A stretch of 48,762 nucleotides of DNA from Bacteroidota bacterium (GTDB lineage Bacteria; Bacteroidota; Rhodothermia; Rhodothermales; Rubricoccaceae), in assembly GCA_039027055.1 (NCBI GenBank), contig JBCCLD010000002.1, forward strand, positions 1-48,762, written 5' to 3'. A program made the position numbers and the translations under genes. Positions 45,769 through 48,762 of the stretch are shown here, piece after piece (the first letter of the stretch is position 1; each line of letters opens with the position of its first letter). Below the pieces are notes generated by a model that had not been told where the DNA came from, searched no databases, and was given only the letters and a program-made list of their open reading frames with translations.

Positions 45769-47187
45769 TCAGAGCGCAGTCTTGGCGACGGCGGCATCGA
45801 GCCAGTCGGCGAAGGCCGCCGTGACCTCGGGGTTGAACGCGGCGACCTGGTAGGGATTCTCGCCACGCTTCAGCATGGCGGTGTAGGTCTCCATCGTGCC
45901 CACCTTCAGCATCGGGTGGTTGGTCTCGGGGACGACCTGAAAGACAGCCGTGTCGGGGCGGTAGTGGTTGACGATGCGGACGAGCGTGCGCTGGTCCTCG
46001 TCGTGCAGCGCGGCGATGTCGACCTCGCCGTAGAGCGAGAGCACGTAGGCGTCGGTGTTGGCCCAGGCGACGGTGGCGTCGTGCTGGGCGAGTTCCTGCC
46101 AGAACGTGTAGTCGCGCCCGATCATGTCGCGGTCGCCGTTCCAGCCGAGGCCCTCGGTGAGGGCGGCTCGGGCGGTCTCGGAGGTGGCGAGGTCGGCGGG
46201 CGGCGTCTGGTCGTCGAAGAAGGCGGTGATGGTGGGCCGCCACGCGCGGACGTTGGCAGCGGCCTCCACGGGATCGCCTTGGCCCTGGAGGAGGCCCTGC
46301 GTGCGGGTGAGGTCGAGGAGATAGTCGCGCCAGGGCCGCATGCCGGTGCCGTAGACGGCGACACCCTTCGGGCTGAAGCGGTCCATCGCGGCGAGCATCG
46401 GCGCTTGAAGGCCACCCATCGAGTGGCCGAGCAGGAAGACGTTGTCGGGGTCCACCCACTCATACGCGAGCAGGTGGTCGTAGGCGGCGGCGAAGGCAGC
46501 GAGCTCTTCGTCGTAGCCAATCTCGGCGCACGCCGAGGTGCCCGCGCTGTCGCCGACGCCGGGCTTCTCGACACGGAAGACGGCGTAGCCGCGGTCCACG
46601 AGGCCGTCGATGAGTTGCGCGTAGGGGTGCGGCGACCCGCCGACGTCGATGCTGGAGCACGGGTAGCCCTGGATGAAGTAGACCGTCGGGAGCGGCCCCT
46701 TCTCAGGCTCGCCCTCCGACCCGATCGGCTTCTTGACGATGGCGCGGAGGGCGCCGTCCCGGAAGGGCACGGCGTCGTAGACCACCTCCGCGTCGTCGTC
46801 GGTCTCGAACGGCCTGGGCACGGCCGTCCCGACGAGCGTGTGCCGCGCCCCGCCGCGGACGACCTCCATGGTCACCGTGTCCCCCCCGCGGATGGGGCTC
46901 GCCATCGCCACGAGCGCCTGCGGGCTGGCGATGGCCTCGCCGTTGAGCGTGAGCACCACGTCGCCCGCCTCCAGTTCGAGCGCGGTCCCGGTCAGCCCGT
47001 CCATGACCTGCTGGACCATCACCCCCGTCGGCGCGTCGAGGCCGAGTTCGTCGGCGATGTCCTGCGTGACCGGCACGGGCCAGATGCCGAACTGCGCCTG
47101 CCGCTGCAGCGTCGGCTGCGCCTCAGCAGGGACTGGGCCTGCAACGACGAGGAGCACAAGAAGAGCGAGAGCGAAGACGTAGTGCAT
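45769..47187 (-). CDS. secreted alpha/beta hydrolase with an N-terminal PDZ domain
   Basis: Signal peptide MHYVFALALLVLLVVAGPVPAEA. PDZ-like segment GVMVQQVMDGLTGTALELEAGDVVLTLNGEAI. Nucleophile elbow LLGHSMGG. Confidence 0.8.
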   Translation of the reverse strand: MHYVFALALLVLLVVAGPVPAEAQPTLQRQAQFGIWPVPVTQDIADELGLDAPTGVMVQQVMDGLTGTALELEAGDVVLTLNGEAIASPQALVAMASPIRGGDTVTMEVVRGGARHTLVGTAVPRPFETDDDAEVVYDAVPFRDGALRAIVKKPIGSEGEPEKGPLPTVYFIQGYPCSSIDVGGSPHPYAQLIDGLVDRGYAVFRVEKPGVGDSAGTSACAEIGYDEELAAFAAAYDHLLAYEWVDPDNVFLLGHSMGGLQAPMLAAMDRFSPKGVAVYGTGMRPWRDYLLDLTRTQGLLQGQGDPVEAAANVRAWRPTITAFFDDQTPPADLATSETARAALTEGLGWNGDRDMIGRDYTFWQELAQHDATVAWANTDAYVLSLYGEVDIAALHDEDQRTLVRIVNHYRPDTAVFQVVPETNHPMLKVGTMETYTAMLKRGENPYQVAAFNPEVTAAFADWLDAAVAKTAL

Positions 47188-47280
47188 CGGAGCAGGGGTT
47201 CGTGAGACGAGACGTCCACGCTACGACGTCCCCCCCGCGGCGACTTTGCCCAGACTGCTCGGTTCGGGCCGCTTCGCGGC

Positions 47281-47329
47281 GTCCGTTGTCCTTGGTCCGC
47301 TGTCCTTGGTCCGCTGTCCTTGGTCGTTC
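47281..47329. repeat. heptamer-periodic tandem array (GTCCnnn x 7; 14-mer TGTCCTTGGTCCGC x about 2.8)
   Basis: gtccgtt gtccttg gtccgct gtccttg gtccgct gtccttg gtcgttc is read directly. An inverted partial copy gaaccaaggaccgcc lies at 47461-47475, abutting the batA stop. Confidence 0.9.
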
Positions 47330-47474
47330 GAGCCAAGACATGGCTATGGTGCCAAACGCCTACTTCGCAATCACGACCGATTTCCCCCACAAACCACAGC
47401 GAGCAACGCGAGCGTCCCACAGGCGGCGCAGCCGCCGTCCCACAGGGGAGCGCAGCGACCGAACCAAGGACCGC

Positions 47475-48449
47475 CTACGGCACGCGCAGCAGCCGCGTCG
47501 TCCCGAGCACCACGCTCAGCAGGAGCAGGAGCAGCGCGGGGCGGAGGAAGAGGGCGTAGCGCTCGTCCACGTCCACGTAGACGCGCTCCTGGATCTCGGT
47601 GCGCTCCAGCTCCGAGATCTCGGCGTAGATCTGGCGCAGCGCCTCGGCGTCGCGCGCGCGGAAGTAGCGCCCGCCCGTCTTCTCGGCCACGGCGCGCAGC
47701 GTCTCCTCGTCGACCTGCAGCGCCGGGACGCGCCGGGAGCCACCGAAGGGCGTCTGCTGGCGCACCACGCCGCCCGTCTCCGAGCCCACGCCGATGGCGT
47801 AGATCTTGACGCCGAGCGCCTCGGCGACCTCCGCCGCCGTGCGCGGGTCGATCTCGCCGCGGTTGTTCTGGCCGTCGGTGAGCAGCACCATCACCTTGCT
47901 CGGCGTGTCGGCATCGCGCAGGCGCGCCGTGCCCGTGGCGATGGCCGTCCCGATCGCCGTCCCGTCCTCGATGACGCCCATGCGAACCTCGCCGAGCATC
48001 TGCTTGAGGAAGCCGTAGTCGAGCGTGAGCGGGGCCTGCGTGTAGGCCTGCGCGGCGAAGACGACGAGGCCGATGCGGTCGGAGAGCCGCCCGTCGATGA
48101 ACTCGGCAGCGACGGCCTTCGCGGCCTGGAAGCGGTTGGGGTAGAAGTCGTCGGCCTTCATCGACGTGGACACGTCGAGCACGAGCACGATGTCGATGCC
48201 CTCGGCGTACTGCTCGCGCGTGACGTCGCGCTCCTGGGGCCGCGCGAGCGCCACGATGCCGAGCGCGAGCGCCCCGAGCAGCAGCGCCCCGGGCAGCCAC
48301 GCGAGCCGCGCCCAGAGCGTCGGCGGCACGCCGTCCGCCGCCGCCGTCTCGGAGAAGAGCAGCCCCGCCGCGGCACGCCGCCGCCCCAGCCACACGAGCA
48401 CGGGCACCGCAAGGAGCAAGAGGAGCAGCCAGGGATACGCGAAGGTCAT
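47475..48449 (-). CDS. batA: VWA domain-containing protein, BatA-like
   Basis: MTFAYPWLLLLLLAVPVLVW is the BatA-type N-terminus. The MIDAS motif is VLVLDVSTSM. Also present are VVFAAQAY, VMVLLTDGQNN, KIYAIGVG and a C-terminal TM segment. Confidence 0.9.
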   Translation of the reverse strand: MTFAYPWLLLLLLAVPVLVWLGRRRAAAGLLFSETAAADGVPPTLWARLAWLPGALLLGALALGIVALARPQERDVTREQYAEGIDIVLVLDVSTSMKADDFYPNRFQAAKAVAAEFIDGRLSDRIGLVVFAAQAYTQAPLTLDYGFLKQMLGEVRMGVIEDGTAIGTAIATGTARLRDADTPSKVMVLLTDGQNNRGEIDPRTAAEVAEALGVKIYAIGVGSETGGVVRQQTPFGGSRRVPALQVDEETLRAVAEKTGGRYFRARDAEALRQIYAEISELERTEIQERVYVDVDERYALFLRPALLLLLLSVVLGTTRLLRVP

Positions 48450-48591
48450 TTTAAATTTGCGATTTACGATTGGTGATTTTCGGTAATAGCGGACGGGCTA
48501 CAGCGCTGCTTAACGAGGTTGATCGGAGAAAAACAGTTCTCCCCCTAGACAGGCTGGTAGGGGTAGGCTTTCACAGAGATCCCCTCTTTTT

Positions 48592-48635
48592 GTCATCCTG
48601 AGCGCAATCCGCGCAGCGGATGAAGTCGAAGGATC
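48592..48635. repeat. short palindromic repeat motif gtcatcctgagcgc...gaaggatc
   Basis: gtcatcctgagcgcaatccgcgcagcggatgaagtcgaaggatc has an internal hairpin atccgc/gcggat. It shares the gtcatSctga leader with the element at 9930. Confidence 0.5.
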
Positions 48636-48660
48636 TTGTTCGTATCTCTCTGACAAGGAG

Positions 48661-48762
48661 GGCTAGTGCATGAACAACCGGTCTTTTGCGATATCGCTGC
48701 TCGGGCATGGAAGCCGCAAACGTAGTTCCCCTCCTGGATAGGAGGGGACAGGGGTGGTTGAC
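48661..48762 (-). repeat. intergenic repeat family 1, copy C (reverse orientation, truncated by the window end)
   Basis: The reverse complement of 48663-48762 is gtcaaccacccctgtcccctcctatccaggaggggaactacgtttgcggcttccatgcccgagcagcgatatcgcaaaagaccggttgttcatgcactag. This is identical to copy B apart from one substitution. Confidence 0.9.

Overview
High-GC (about 70-75% in typical genes) bacterial chromosome segment. It looks like Rhodothermota/Bacteroidota: there are several Por/T9SS C-terminal sorting domains, a double-FtsX MacB-like permease, BatA, and a TonB-dependent receptor behind a cobalamin riboswitch. Because of the GC content, almost every real gene is shadowed by long spurious ORFs in other frames. 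I called genes from recognisable motifs and trimmed starts by hand. I found no rRNA, tRNA or CRISPR array. Most of the window is housekeeping or envelope genes: clpB, ABC permease, YbjQ, EEP nuclease/phosphatase, LD-carboxypeptidase, recQ, a ThiO-like oxidase, SMP-30 lactonase, hybrid histidine kinase, PQQ sugar dehydrogenase, DUF1684, a B12 uptake operon, PIG-L deacetylase, a DUF5916 outer-membrane protein, a MocR-GNAT-DUF1272-DinB operon, an FG-GAP protein, a PDZ hydrolase and BatA. Items worth a second look: (1) A conflict-type islet sits directly after clpB. A UPF0175/PIN-like toxin-antitoxin pair is bracketed by a diverged duplication of the clpB 3' end. It is followed by a low-GC, translationally coupled two-gene cassette (SMC/ABC-type ATPase plus a small Toprim/RloB/DUF4276-like protein, the PARIS/AbiL/OLD architecture but divergent). 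After that comes a lone DUF559 endonuclease-like gene. This cassette is my best candidate for an uncharacterised defence system. (2) An orphan ParA/MinD-type ATPase is flanked by two paralogous small proteins that share a GWRV-containing module. It lies next to a roughly 350-bp AT-rich island and a secreted caspase-family protease. (3) Two opposed heptanucleotide tandem arrays able to form G-quadruplexes sit just upstream of clpB, and a third heptamer array lies near batA. (4) At least three families of intergenic repeat or MITE-like elements are present. (5) The DUF5916 gene has an apparent +1 frameshift. (6) An orphan T9SS sorting-domain relic and an IS1595 transposase N-terminal-only gene are present.
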